Assembly (NCBI GenBank): GCA_965218465.1
Contig: OZ244623.1
Span: 2,959,549-3,023,548 of the forward strand
DNA from: Acidobacteriota bacterium
Lineage (GTDB): Bacteria > Acidobacteriota > UBA6911 > RPQK01 > G965218465
Reading direction: 5' to 3'
Length of the DNA: 64,000 nt
Shown here one piece after another: positions 27,603-37,333 of this stretch. The translations under genes and the position numbers were made by a program. The notes beneath the pieces were generated by a model. That model searched no databases. It had not been told where the DNA came from and saw only the letters and a program-made list of their open reading frames with translations. Within the stretch, counting starts at the first letter, position 1. Each line of letters starts with the position of its first letter.

Positions 27603-28784
27603 ATGAAACTGTCACGACGTGTAGAAATGATTTCACCATCAGCGACCATCTCGGTGATGCAGGAGACCCAGAAATTGCGGGCCCAGGGTGCAGACATCAT
27701 TGATCTGGGGCCGGGGGAGCCCGACTTTCCCACGCCTGAGCCGATCAAAGCGGTGGCGCGTCAGGCGTTGGCTCAAAATTTCACTCGCTACACGGCCTCC
27801 TCAGGTACCCAGGAACTGCGACAGTCAGTAGCCAACCGGCTTAATCGTCTCTATGGCAGCCGTTTCGGGAGCGAGAACGTGGTCATCACCTGTGGCGCCA
27901 AACACGCCATTTACGACGTTTGTATGGCCTGCTTCGAGGAGGGAGATGAGGTTCTGATACCCGCCCCTTATTGGGTGACTTTCCCGGAAGTCGTCCGGCT
28001 TGCGGGTGCGACACCCCGAAGCTTCGCGACTCGGGCAGAAGATGACTTCGTCCTTCACACCTCCGCCGTGAAATCGAAGGTTACCGAGTCCACTCGGGGA
28101 CTGATAATCAATTCCCCCAACAACCCGACCGGTGCGGTGATCCCGGCAGTTCAAATGGAATCGCTGACAGAGTTCTGCCGCAACTCCGGCGTGTTCCTGC
28201 TCTCTGATGAGACCTATGATCTCTTTGTTTATGATGGCTATCAGCACACCTCGTTGGCTTCACTGGTCGATCCGTCGGACGACTTCTACGCAATCGTTGG
28301 GTCGGCTTCCAAGACTTTTTCCATGACCGGCTGGCGGATCGGATTCTGTGTTGGCCACCCGACGCTGATGCGAAAGATCGGGGCATTTCAGAGTCATCAG
28401 AGCGGCAACCCCAACTCTATCGCGCAAAAGGCGGCGGTGGCCGCTTTCGATAGCGGATTGGAACTGATCGAGGAGATGAGACAGGAATATGCCAGACGAC
28501 GAACCCTGGTTTTGGACCGGTTGGCTGAGATTCCGGGTTTCTCGTGCCCCCGTCCCAACGGAGCTTTCTATGCCTTCCCAAACGTGAGCCAAGCCCTTGA
28601 AAACAACGGGATCAGCAATTCCGTAGAATTCTCAAAGTTTCTTATCCGTGATGCCGGGGTGGCCACCGTACCGGGATCCGCCTTTGGGATGGAAGGCTAT
28701 ATTCGACTCTCCTACGCAACTTCGACCGAGAATCTCCGCGAAGCGTTGTCCCGAATCCGTCGCGCGGTCACCCAAGGCGGCTGA
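27603..28784 (+). CDS. Pyridoxal-phosphate-dependent aminotransferase class I/II (aspartate aminotransferase-like)
   Basis: IIDLGPGEPDFPTPEPIKAVA...NSPNNPTGAV...SKTFSMTGWRIGF (PLP-Lys motif). Confidence 0.85.
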   Translation: MKLSRRVEMISPSATISVMQETQKLRAQGADIIDLGPGEPDFPTPEPIKAVARQALAQNFTRYTASSGTQELRQSVANRLNRLYGSRFGSENVVITCGAKHAIYDVCMACFEEGDEVLIPAPYWVTFPEVVRLAGATPRSFATRAEDDFVLHTSAVKSKVTESTRGLIINSPNNPTGAVIPAVQMESLTEFCRNSGVFLLSDETYDLFVYDGYQHTSLASLVDPSDDFYAIVGSASKTFSMTGWRIGFCVGHPTLMRKIGAFQSHQSGNPNSIAQKAAVAAFDSGLELIEEMRQEYARRRTLVLDRLAEIPGFSCPRPNGAFYAFPNVSQALENNGISNSVEFSKFLIRDAGVATVPGSAFGMEGYIRLSYATSTENLREALSRIRRAVTQGG

Positions 28785-28952
28785 AATCCTTGTCCCGTGC
28801 GCAGTGGGCCAAGTTGGATTATTCGACTCGCCGGCTACCACCGATGGGACCAGGCATGGTTCTTATCGGGCCGCTTGATCTATTTGGAATTGTCTCGCCG
28901 GAGCCGGAGGCAACCGGGCTGGGTCGGGCTTCAGTGACACCGCTCGGGTTGG

Positions 28953-29759
28953 ATGCCGTGCTATAGGGTACTGGGCTTAGTGGAGAACACCTCAGATTCC
29001 GACTTGGACAAGAGCCTCCGAAATGTTTCGGTGATCCTGGTCAAGACGTTACAACCCGGCAACATTGGTTCCGTCGCACGGGCCATGGACAACATGGGTC
29101 TGCGACGGCTTCTCTTGGTAGCCCCGGCGCAGGAGATCAACGACGAGTGTCGGCGCATGGCCGGCAAATCGATTTGGCTGGTGGAAGATGCGCCGCGTTT
29201 CGCGAACTTCGATTCCGCCGTAGCCGATGAACATATGCTGGTGGCCGCCACCTCAGCTCGCAACCGGCATCTAAGGCGGCCAATCTGCACACCGCGAGAG
29301 GCAGCGCCATTGATCCTTGCGAGGGCTCGCAAGCAGCGTGTGAGTTTGGTCTTTGGGCCGGAACAGGCGGGTTTGACCTCAAGCCAGTTGGCCCGCTGTC
29401 AGCTGTGGGTGTCGATTCCGGCCAACCCCGCCGTGCCCGTGCTCAATCTGTCTCAAGCAGTGCTAATTCTCTGTTACGAGCTGGCTTTGAGCCGAATCAG
29501 GCAACTTCCGCCCCGTCTCTCGACGATCTCGCAGAGGGAGCGGCGTCAGCTGTTTGAACAGGTGGAAAGGGTGCTTTTGAGCATTGGATTCCTGAGTTCC
29601 CGCGACACCGAGCGGATGATGCAAAAGATCGAAGATTTTTGGGGCGGTCCTGAACTCACTGCTGACGGTCTCAAGATCCTGCGAGGCATCATGAGCCAGA
29701 TGGAGTGGTTCGCCCGAGAGGGCCGGCTTCGCGATCCCGATAGCATCCGTAAGCCCTGA
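28953..29759 (+). CDS. SpoU/TrmH-family RNA 2'-O-methyltransferase, TrmJ-like (with C-terminal extension)
   Basis: VILVKTLQPGNIGSVARAMDNMGL...LVFGPEQAGLTSSQLARCQLWVSIPANPAVPVLNLSQAV (SPOUT knot motifs). Confidence 0.7.
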   Translation: MPCYRVLGLVENTSDSDLDKSLRNVSVILVKTLQPGNIGSVARAMDNMGLRRLLLVAPAQEINDECRRMAGKSIWLVEDAPRFANFDSAVADEHMLVAATSARNRHLRRPICTPREAAPLILARARKQRVSLVFGPEQAGLTSSQLARCQLWVSIPANPAVPVLNLSQAVLILCYELALSRIRQLPPRLSTISQRERRQLFEQVERVLLSIGFLSSRDTERMMQKIEDFWGGPELTADGLKILRGIMSQMEWFAREGRLRDPDSIRKP

Positions 29760-29780
29760 TCCGCGTGCTAGGATTCAACC

Positions 29781-31526
29781 ATGAAGAGGCCCCCGAAGAG
29801 GATAGTTCTGCTTTGCGCCGTGGCCGGTTTTAGTTTTGGCTGGGCAGAAAGGCCGGTTCAGTTTGAGGATGTGACCCGGCGGGCAGGGATCAACTGGACT
29901 CATGTTGCAGGCGAGACTCGCGAAAAGTATCTGATCGAGACGATGGGGGCGGCTGCCGCCTTTCTCGACTATGATCGGGACGGTCGGCTCGATATTTTCC
30001 TTGTCAACAGCGGCCCTCACGCACGCTCGCTGCATCCCGAGGCTCCAGCCCCTCATGCGCTTTATCGTAACCAGGGTAGCGGACTCTTCCGGAACGTTAC
30101 TGAGTCGGCGGGGCTGGTGCGGCGAGGTTACGGAAATGGGATTGCGGTGGGAGACTATGACAATGACGGCTGGCCTGATCTCTACGTGACTGGTTTCGGC
30201 CGCAACACGCTCTTCCGCAATCGGGGCAACGGCAGTTTCGAAGACGTCACCGAGAGAGCAGGTGTGGGTCTGGACGGTTGGTCGACAAGCGCGGCTTTTT
30301 TTGACAGCGAAAATGACGGCGATCTTGATCTTTTTGTTTGTCTCTATCTCGATTGGGACTACGCCCGTAATGTCTGGTGTGGCGAGCGTCGTAAGGGTTA
30401 CCGCTCCTATTGTCATCCAGACTACTTCGAGGCTCTTCCGAGTCGGCTCTTTCGCAACAATGGCGATGGCACCTTTAGTGATGCAACCCGACAAGCCGGG
30501 GTTGACGCTCGGGGGAAAGCCTTGGGCGTTGTGACAGGCGACATCGACGGCAATGGCTTGGCTGATATCTATGTCGCCAACGATGCAACTGCCAACCACC
30601 TGTTTCTCAATCGTGGTGGGGGCCGTTTCGAGGAGATGGCCTTGTTGGCAGAGGTGGCTTACGGGGCTGGTGCCGAGCCTGAATCCGGAATGGGCACGGA
30701 TCTCGGAGACGTCAACGGCGACGGCCGTCTCGATCTGATCGTGACCAACATTGATTACGAACTGAACAATCTGCACATCAACCAAGGCGACGGTTTTTTC
30801 TCCGATCACACGGTGGTGGCCGGGCTGGCTCAGGACGCCTTGCTGTTGAGCGGTTTTGGTGTTCGGTTGGTAGATTACGATCTCGACGGCGACCTTGACC
30901 TTGTGGTCCTCAACGGTCATCCCCTGGATACGATTGAGCTTTACCGAAATGGAGTCACCTGGAAGGAGCTACCCTTGCTGTTCGAGAATCGAGGGAACCG
31001 GTTTGCTTCAGTAGGCTCTGAGTCGGGACCCGTCTGGCGCCAACCCCTGGCGGGACGTGCCCTGGCAACCGGGGATTATGACAACGACGGAGACCCCGAT
31101 TTTATTTTTGCCAACAACCGTGGTCCGGCCTTGCTGATCCAAAATCGGAGGGACAATGCCAACCAATGGTTGGGTTTTGAGATGGAGGGCGTGGTCAGCA
31201 ACCGGGACGCTGTGGGAACGGTAATCACGCTGACCACTAACCGCCGACGCTTGGTTCGCCACCGTCAGGGAGGCGGAAGCTATCAGTCATCCCACGACCC
31301 ACGCCTGGTGTTTGGTTTGGGTCCCGATGAATCGGTCCGGTCAATTGAGATCCGTTGGCCGAGTGGGCGGCTAAGCAAGATCCCGCAGTTGGCCCTGAAC
31401 CGTTACCATAGAGTCACCGAACCCAGGTCAGTGGAGTTTGCAAAACCTCGAACCAAGGGCTCAGAAACCACCCGGAAGCCTTTAGAAGCTTGGCAGCCCC
31501 AGGTTGGCAACCACATTAATCCTTAG
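29781..31526 (+). CDS. FG-GAP/VCBS-repeat protein with C-terminal ASPIC/UnbV domain (CRTAC1-like), signal peptide
   Basis: Repeated DYDxDGxxDL(Y/F)V(T/A)N motifs (FLDYDRDGRLDIFLVNSG, VGDYDNDGWPDLYVTGFG, ...). C-terminal ...GGGSYQSSHDPRLVFGLGPDESVRSIEIRWPSG. Confidence 0.8.
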   Translation: MKRPPKRIVLLCAVAGFSFGWAERPVQFEDVTRRAGINWTHVAGETREKYLIETMGAAAAFLDYDRDGRLDIFLVNSGPHARSLHPEAPAPHALYRNQGSGLFRNVTESAGLVRRGYGNGIAVGDYDNDGWPDLYVTGFGRNTLFRNRGNGSFEDVTERAGVGLDGWSTSAAFFDSENDGDLDLFVCLYLDWDYARNVWCGERRKGYRSYCHPDYFEALPSRLFRNNGDGTFSDATRQAGVDARGKALGVVTGDIDGNGLADIYVANDATANHLFLNRGGGRFEEMALLAEVAYGAGAEPESGMGTDLGDVNGDGRLDLIVTNIDYELNNLHINQGDGFFSDHTVVAGLAQDALLLSGFGVRLVDYDLDGDLDLVVLNGHPLDTIELYRNGVTWKELPLLFENRGNRFASVGSESGPVWRQPLAGRALATGDYDNDGDPDFIFANNRGPALLIQNRRDNANQWLGFEMEGVVSNRDAVGTVITLTTNRRRLVRHRQGGGSYQSSHDPRLVFGLGPDESVRSIEIRWPSGRLSKIPQLALNRYHRVTEPRSVEFAKPRTKGSETTRKPLEAWQPQVGNHINP

Positions 31527-31647
31527 GTAACCTCGAAACCGACGTCAGTAAGGCGAACCGTCAACCGGAGACGAGGCAAATGCCGGACAACGGCGGCCAT
31601 CGTCCAGAGTGCGACCGGCAGAAAGGGCAACAGAAGGAGAGAAAAGG

Positions 31648-32367
31648 ATGGAATTGAAGGGTAAGCGAGCGCTGGTTACGGGAGGCACGACCGGAATCGG
31701 TTTGGCTGTCGTCCGCGCCTTGTTGCGCCAACAGGTTGAGGTAGCGCTTTGCTCCCGCACTGCGTCACAGATCGAGGCTGTGGTCAACAGTCTCGGTCGG
31801 GGTGGGCGTCCAGTGGTGGGAAGGGCCTGTGATGTCGGAGACCCGCGGCAGGTCAAGGCGCTGATTGAGTTCTGCCGTCGCGAGCTGGGAGGACTGGAAA
31901 TCCTGATCAACAACGCGGGTGTAGGAATCTTCGCACCGGTAGAGCAGCTGACGGTGGCCCAGTGGCAAACTACGATTCGAACCAATCTTGACGGCGTCTT
32001 TTACTGCTGTCACTACGCCTTGCCCCTGTTGCTCAAGTCCAACGGCTTCATTATCAATATCAGCAGTTTGGCAGGGAAAAACGCCTTTGCGGGTGGGGCC
32101 GCCTACAACGCTTCCAAGTTTGCTTTGACCGGTTTTAGCGAAGCCCTCATGCAGGAGGTCCGGCAACAAGGAGTGCAAGTGGCTTACCTGATGCCCGGTA
32201 GTGTGGACACCGGTTTTTCCCGCAAGAGCCGGAAGTCCCAGCGAGACAATTCCTGGAAAATTTCCGTAGACGATGTTGCTCAGGTAGTGATCGAAACTCT
32301 CTCTCGGTCTTCGACCTGTCTGACCAGCCGAGTTGAGCTGCGCCCGCCACGCCCGCCTGGCCGCTGA
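31648..32367 (+). CDS. Short-chain dehydrogenase/reductase (SDR)
   Basis: MELKGKRALVTGGTTGIGLAV (TGxxxGxG). NNAG, S...YxxxK (YNASK). Confidence 0.8.
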   Translation: MELKGKRALVTGGTTGIGLAVVRALLRQQVEVALCSRTASQIEAVVNSLGRGGRPVVGRACDVGDPRQVKALIEFCRRELGGLEILINNAGVGIFAPVEQLTVAQWQTTIRTNLDGVFYCCHYALPLLLKSNGFIINISSLAGKNAFAGGAAYNASKFALTGFSEALMQEVRQQGVQVAYLMPGSVDTGFSRKSRKSQRDNSWKISVDDVAQVVIETLSRSSTCLTSRVELRPPRPPGR

Positions 32368-32381
32368 GGCGATGGTCCGGC

Positions 32382-33356
32382 TTAGCCGGCTTCCAGATAT
32401 TCGACCTTCGCTTTTTGGGGGAAGAAACGGGCAACGAACACTTGTTGACAGTTGCGGCAGTGGCACGACACTTCCCGGTATTCGCCCGACAACGATTCTA
32501 TTGGCTGCGAAAAGTCCTGTTGGGTTATGTCGTGAGAGCGACACGTTTGGCAACAAATAAGCTTGGCAGGGATGGTGATGGGCGGGACTGGCTGGAGAGG
32601 GGCTTTGAAGCTTGGCCCGGTTTCTTGATTTTCCAATCGAGCGTCCGGTCCTTTGATTTCGAGGACCTTGCACATTTCGCGAATTCGGGAATAAAGCCGC
32701 TGTCCAATCCGTTCAGCCAAGTCGTGATCGGTTGGCGAACCGGTCCCGGGCGCTGGTCGTTGGGGACCAGGTAGAGTGCGGTTGGTGGTGAAGATAGATA
32801 ACTTGCTGGAGGTGTACCGGTAGTTGATGATGGTATGCACGGTTTCACGCACCCATTCGGTGGGCCGTCCGGTACCCAGGTCATCCCAAACCAGAAGATC
32901 GCAATTCATCAAGGGCAAAAGGACTTCACGCTCTGTTTCAGGGGCGCCGGGACCGTAGGAGTATTGCAATCGACGCAGCAGCTCAGTTTCGTCGACAAAG
33001 CGGGCTGTAATCTGTTTCTCCACAACCAAGGCTTTGAGTAAGGCTGCTGCCAGATGGGTTTTCCCCACACCGCAGGGGCCCATCATTAGCAGCCCCTGTT
33101 GGATCCGGGGGTGGTTCTCAACGAACTGGATGGAGGTTTTCAAGGCACTTTCCTGGCCTTTGTTTCGAGGGGCATAGGCGTCAAAGCCTTTGTCCAGGTA
33201 GCGGCGTGGGATTTCGGCTGCCTTAAGAAGCCGCTTTAATCGCAATTCCGCTTGACACCAAGCACACCGCTGGACACTGCTGATTTGGGTATCGTCGTCA
33301 ACGAGCCAGCCTATCCCTTGACATTGGGGACAATCGGCTAAAGCCTGGGTTGTCAT
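32382..33356 (-). CDS. DnaC/DnaI/IstB-like AAA+ ATPase flanked by N-terminal and C-terminal Cys4 zinc-ribbon motifs
   Basis: CPQCQGIGW...CAWCQ (N-terminal Zn ribbon), MMGPCGVGKTHLAAAL (Walker A), LLVWDDLG (Walker B), C-terminal CCQTCRSH...CHCRNCQ. ATG(33356) overlaps the PduO gene stop in ATGA. Confidence 0.6.
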   Translation of the reverse strand: MTTQALADCPQCQGIGWLVDDDTQISSVQRCAWCQAELRLKRLLKAAEIPRRYLDKGFDAYAPRNKGQESALKTSIQFVENHPRIQQGLLMMGPCGVGKTHLAAALLKALVVEKQITARFVDETELLRRLQYSYGPGAPETEREVLLPLMNCDLLVWDDLGTGRPTEWVRETVHTIINYRYTSSKLSIFTTNRTLPGPQRPAPGTGSPTDHDLAERIGQRLYSRIREMCKVLEIKGPDARLENQETGPSFKAPLQPVPPITIPAKLICCQTCRSHDITQQDFSQPIESLSGEYREVSCHCRNCQQVFVARFFPQKAKVEYLEAG

Positions 33357-33904
33357 CGTTGCCTGCCAGTTTTCCAAAGGACCTCGTTACCGCCTTGCGT
33401 GAAGTTCTCGAATCGGGCCAGCACGAAGAGCAGGTCGGAGAGTCGGTTGAAAAAGACCAGGAGGTCGTCGTTGATCTTTTCTTCACGCTTCAGCCCTACG
33501 AGCTCGCGTTCAGCCCGCCGACAAACGGCCCGGGCCACTTGTAGCATTGAGGCTCCCGCCGTGCCGGTCGGCAAAATGAAGGCCCGCAAGGGGGGCAGGG
33601 ATTCACTCAACTGGTCGATAAGTGTTTCTTGAGATTTCCAGTCGGCGGCTTCTATCCGTCGGGGCTGGATGCGACCTTCGAAACTGGTTGCCAGATCGGC
33701 TCCGGCCCGGAAGAGCTGATGCTGAAGCTCTTGTAGGATTGTCCCTACGCGGCGGTCGGCACAAAGAGCGTGAGCCAGTCCGAGTAGAGAATTCAACTCG
33801 TCGACGGTCCCATAAGCTGCGACTCGCAGTTGATCCTTGGTCACCCGTTCTCCACTGAAGAGTGCGGTCTTACCCTGATCTCCGGTGCGTGTATAGATTT
33901 TCAT
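33353..33904 (-). CDS. ATP:cob(I)alamin adenosyltransferase, PduO-type (MMAB-like)
   Basis: MKIYTRTGDQGKTALFSGERV...AAYGTVDELNS...RLSDLLFVLAR are typical PduO-type motifs. ATG at 33904; the track's 33916 is a TTG. Confidence 0.8.
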   Translation of the reverse strand: MKIYTRTGDQGKTALFSGERVTKDQLRVAAYGTVDELNSLLGLAHALCADRRVGTILQELQHQLFRAGADLATSFEGRIQPRRIEAADWKSQETLIDQLSESLPPLRAFILPTGTAGASMLQVARAVCRRAERELVGLKREEKINDDLLVFFNRLSDLLFVLARFENFTQGGNEVLWKTGRQR

Positions 33905-34002
33905 CACTCTAACCAATGCGAGGGCGCCGGACGAGTCCTGAGAATCGCTCGACAGGAAACCCGACCGACACCAGCCGCTATCGGCGCCCCTCGGTCCACC
34001 AT

Positions 34003-34266
34003 TCAGTCCCGTTGTTGACCTGCCGGCGCCAGCAGGGTTTGACGCAGTTGCCGGCGTTGGACCCGATGCCGGAACAACTCCTGCTCTGACACTGTAGCGA
34101 CCGGAACATGCCCGCCATAGAATTCCTCCAGTTGGGGAGATTCGGAGACATCTATTTCAATCAGTTGGAAGCCGATCTCATCACGCAGCGAATTCAGTAC
34201 CTCCAGGGCAGGCTGACAAAGATGACAACCTGGCCGAGTAAAGAAATTAATTTGAATGGGATCCAT
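34003..34266 (-). CDS. Glutaredoxin-like small thioredoxin-fold protein (CxxC = CHLC)
   Basis: INFFTRPGCHLCQPALEVL...IEIDVSESPQLEEFYGGHVPV matches glutaredoxin-family (DUF836/YruB-like) topology. Start codon 20 nt from the divergent Prx start. Confidence 0.55.
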   Translation of the reverse strand: MDPIQINFFTRPGCHLCQPALEVLNSLRDEIGFQLIEIDVSESPQLEEFYGGHVPVATVSEQELFRHRVQRRQLRQTLLAPAGQQRD

Positions 34267-34286
34267 GACTCAACTAAAATTGACAA

Positions 34287-34799
34287 ATGACGTATCTGTT
34301 TCGACTTGCCGTACTGATGCTTCCTTTGGGCTTGGTAATGGGTCAGTCTACCACTCTCAAGGTTGGGGACGTAGCTCCTGATTTCGAACTGATGAACCAC
34401 AATCGAGAGGTCGTCAAGTTGAGCGATTATCGAGGCAGCAGCAACGTCATTATCGCTTTTTACGTTTTTGCTTTTACCGGTGGTTGACGGACCGAGTTGA
34501 GCCGGTATCAGTCTGATATCGAGTACTTCAAAGAACGCGACACCGAAATCCTGGCGATTAGTGTTGATGCTCTACCCAGCCAGAAAAAATTTGCCGAGGA
34601 GCTGGGGGCTCAGTATCACTTCTTGGCCGATTGGCCTGATCGCAAGGTCAGCCGGTTGTATGGTGTGTTGTCCGAGCGTGGATTTGCCCGTCGAACGAGC
34701 TTTTTGATCGACAAACAGGGGATTATCCGGCGGATCGATTCGGGTCGGGACGCGATTGACATTGAAGGGATCAAGTCGAGCTGCGACCGACTCAATTAA
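34287..34799 (+). CDS. BCP/PrxQ-type peroxiredoxin with in-frame TGA (34485-34487) at the peroxidatic-Cys position; candidate selenocysteine peroxiredoxin (or inactivated gene)
   Basis: ...[14 protein letters not shown][TGA][27 protein letters not shown]... aligns with the BCP motif FYPKDDTPGCTTE: T-x-G-[C->U]-x-T-E. Same frame continues through the TGA; the track splits it into 34287..34487 + 34497..34799. Possible N-terminal signal peptide. Confidence 0.5.
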
Positions 34800-35089
34800 G
34801 GCCTCCGATAAGACTACGAGCTAGCAACAATCGGGTGCGTTTCTTGCGGCGAAAGCGATTTTTGCCGCCTGACCTCCAATTGGGGTTTGTCGATTCGTGC
34901 TGTTTTCCCGGGGTTCAGAGGCGTGCCCTGAAAAGGATGTCTCCGGAAGGGAATGTGGCAAGGGCTCTTTTTGTTGACGGGCAGGGACGCGTTGCCTGCA
35001 ACCACCGTCGGAGTGAGAATCACTCGTTCATTGGCTTACGCAGGCCGCATCGAATGGACTGCCGAAGATGGTAGGAAACGGGAGATGCC

Positions 35090-35521
35090 ATGAGTAGAAA
35101 GTATCGACATCGAGGGTACCAGGATAGCAGCGACGGGCGTGATCGTCCGCAACCGAACCGCTCCAGGTCGAGATCGTTCTCCGATCGTCCCCGTGCTCCC
35201 CGTATGACCAAATTCCAAGAGGTGTTTCGGTGCGCGTTGTGTGGCGCCAATTTGCCGGCCACTTTTGACGATATCTCTGTTGGTAGCCGTTGCCCTCGGT
35301 GTCGGTCAGCCCTGCACACTTGCAAGAACTGTGCCTTCTTTGATCCGTCCAGCCGTTTTGAATGTACTCAGCCGGTGACCAAGCGGGTTAGCGCCAAGGA
35401 CCAGGGCAACCAATGCCGTTTCTTTGAGGCCCGTACCACCGTAGAAAAAGAAGTGTCCTCTTCCAAATCACTCAATGCTGACGATGCCAGATCGGCATTT
35501 GAAAGGTTATTCAAGAAATGA
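35090..35521 (+). CDS. Small zinc-ribbon protein with Arg/Ser-rich disordered N-terminus; translationally coupled to etfB
   Basis: CALCGAN...CPRCRSALHTCKNCAFF...C..C (three CxxC pairs). N-terminal RHRGYQDSSDGRDRPQPNRSRSRSFSDRPRAPR. Stop overlaps the etfB ATG (ATGA at 35518-35521). Confidence 0.45.
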   Translation: MSRKYRHRGYQDSSDGRDRPQPNRSRSRSFSDRPRAPRMTKFQEVFRCALCGANLPATFDDISVGSRCPRCRSALHTCKNCAFFDPSSRFECTQPVTKRVSAKDQGNQCRFFEARTTVEKEVSSSKSLNADDARSAFERLFKK

Positions 35522-36300
35522 AGATCATCTGCTGTCTCAAGGCCGTGGCCGGAAGGGATCTTCGCCATCGAATCAGGGATGACGGTCGCTGGATCCGCGA
35601 AGATGGAAATACTCTGGAAATCAACGAGTGTGACGAGTATGGGCTGGAAGAGGCGCTCAAACTGCAGGAAAAGCACGGAGGCGAGGTTACTCTGGTCACA
35701 CTGGGGCGGGTGCAGGCCGAAAAATCGATGCGCAAAGGCTTGGCCATGGGAGCGGGACGGGGTGTCCTTATCGTAGATGAGGAAGACCAGGCCCAATCTC
35801 CTCACGCTGTGGCCTCGGCGCTAGCTGAAGTGATCCGCCGGGAAGAATACGATCTGATCCTGTGCGGAACCCAGTCGGACGACTATAGCTATGCTCAAAC
35901 GGGAGTCATGCTGGCCGAGTATTTAGACCTTCCCCATGCCACCATCGTGATGGAAATAAACGTTGACCCGGAAGCGACCCGTGTCAAGGCCTTGAGTGAA
36001 TTGGAGAATGGCCGCTTTCAATGGGTCGAATTGTCTTTGCCCGCCGTCTTGACAATTCAGTCCGGTATCTCCCAGGTCCGCTATGCCTCCCTCAGAGGAA
36101 TCATGCAGGCCAAACGAAAGGAAATCCGCCAAATTAGTCTTTCCGATCTGGAGATCGATTGGAAGACACTGCCAATGCTGGAGTTAGTTGGGTTGTCTCT
36201 GCCCGAGACCGACTCGAAAGCGGAGATGCTGAAAGGCGACGCTTCTCAGGTTGCAGCTCAACTGGTCGACAAATTCAAGAAAGACGCCAAAGTTCTTTAA
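35518..36300 (+). CDS. etfB: Electron transfer flavoprotein beta subunit
   Basis: MKIICCLKAV...EINECDEYGLEEALKL...VTLVTLG is typical EtfB/FixA. Confidence 0.9.
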   Translation: MKIICCLKAVAGRDLRHRIRDDGRWIREDGNTLEINECDEYGLEEALKLQEKHGGEVTLVTLGRVQAEKSMRKGLAMGAGRGVLIVDEEDQAQSPHAVASALAEVIRREEYDLILCGTQSDDYSYAQTGVMLAEYLDLPHATIVMEINVDPEATRVKALSELENGRFQWVELSLPAVLTIQSGISQVRYASLRGIMQAKRKEIRQISLSDLEIDWKTLPMLELVGLSLPETDSKAEMLKGDASQVAAQLVDKFKKDAKVL

Positions 36301-36352
36301 TCTGGTGCCGCGGTTTGGAAGCTTTGGCGCGGGCACGAGGAATAAATCAGGT

Positions 36353-37333
36353 ATGAATGGCGAGATCTATGTCCTGTTTGACCACGCCCAAGGGAAGATC
36401 CACGATATTTCCTGGGATGCTTTGGCCCTAGCCGGGGAGATTTCTAAACAGACCGGATATTCGCTGCGGGCACTAGTGCTAGGTGCTGGACTGGACCGGC
36501 TCACTAGTCGGATTTCGGCCACCCAAGTCGAATCTGTCCTTCAGATCGAAAACCCCCAATTGGAATTTTATGATCCGGACTGTTACTCGACGGCCCTGGC
36601 CCAAATAGTGCAACAGGATCAGCCCCGAATGTTGCTAATGGGGCACACCTATCAGAACATCGATTTGGCCCCAAAGTTGGCTGCGCGTTTACAGATCGGC
36701 TTGGTCACCGATTGCGTTGGGTTCAGGCCCTCGGCTGAAGGGTTGGTTTTTGTCCGGCGGATGTTCCGCAACAAACTCAACGCATCCATACAGGTGCATT
36801 CGGACTTGACTTGGTTGGTGACGGTCCAGTCGGGGGCCGGTAAAGGCGCTCGATTCGAGGCCGGTCAGGCCAAGGTCGAAAAGCGTAGCGTCGACTTGCG
36901 TGCCGTCCGGATCAGGCGGCGCCAACTGGAGACAATTGAAGGCGCCAAGGGGACCGTTGATCTGTCCCAGGCCAAAGTGATCGTCGGAGTCGGGCGCGGC
37001 ATCAAGAAGGCGGAAAATCTCGCTCTGATCCGGGAGTTGGCAGAAGTGTTGGGCGCCGAAATTGGAGCCAGCCGACCCGTCGTGGACAACGAGTGGCTGG
37101 ATCGGGAACGACAGATTGGCAGCTCGGGCCAGAGTGTCAGTCCACGTCTTTATATCGCTTGTGGTATTTCAGGGGCCATTCAACATATCGTAGGCATGAG
37201 GGGGGCGGATTACGTAGTTGCTATCAACACGGATCCGAATGCGCCTATTTTCAGTGTTTCCAATTGCGGGGTCGTAGGTGACTTGTTCGAGATTGTGCCC
37301 GCCTTGATCAAGCAACTACGCGCCATCCAATGA
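36353..37333 (+). CDS. etfA: Electron transfer flavoprotein alpha subunit
   Basis: C-terminal FAD-binding ...IVGVGRGIKKAENL...SRPVVDNEWLDRERQIGSSGQSVSPRLYIACGISGAIQH. ATG at 36353. Confidence 0.9.
   Translation: MNGEIYVLFDHAQGKIHDISWDALALAGEISKQTGYSLRALVLGAGLDRLTSRISATQVESVLQIENPQLEFYDPDCYSTALAQIVQQDQPRMLLMGHTYQNIDLAPKLAARLQIGLVTDCVGFRPSAEGLVFVRRMFRNKLNASIQVHSDLTWLVTVQSGAGKGARFEAGQAKVEKRSVDLRAVRIRRRQLETIEGAKGTVDLSQAKVIVGVGRGIKKAENLALIRELAEVLGAEIGASRPVVDNEWLDRERQIGSSGQSVSPRLYIACGISGAIQHIVGMRGADYVVAINTDPNAPIFSVSNCGVVGDLFEIVPALIKQLRAIQ

Noticed and set aside
34485-34560. Looked for a canonical bacterial SECIS stem-loop right after the TGA in the peroxiredoxin
   Set aside because: By eye only a weak 4-bp stem (ACCG/CGGT with an 8-nt loop) is visible. 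This neither confirms nor excludes a bSECIS, so the selenoprotein call rests on motif alignment only.
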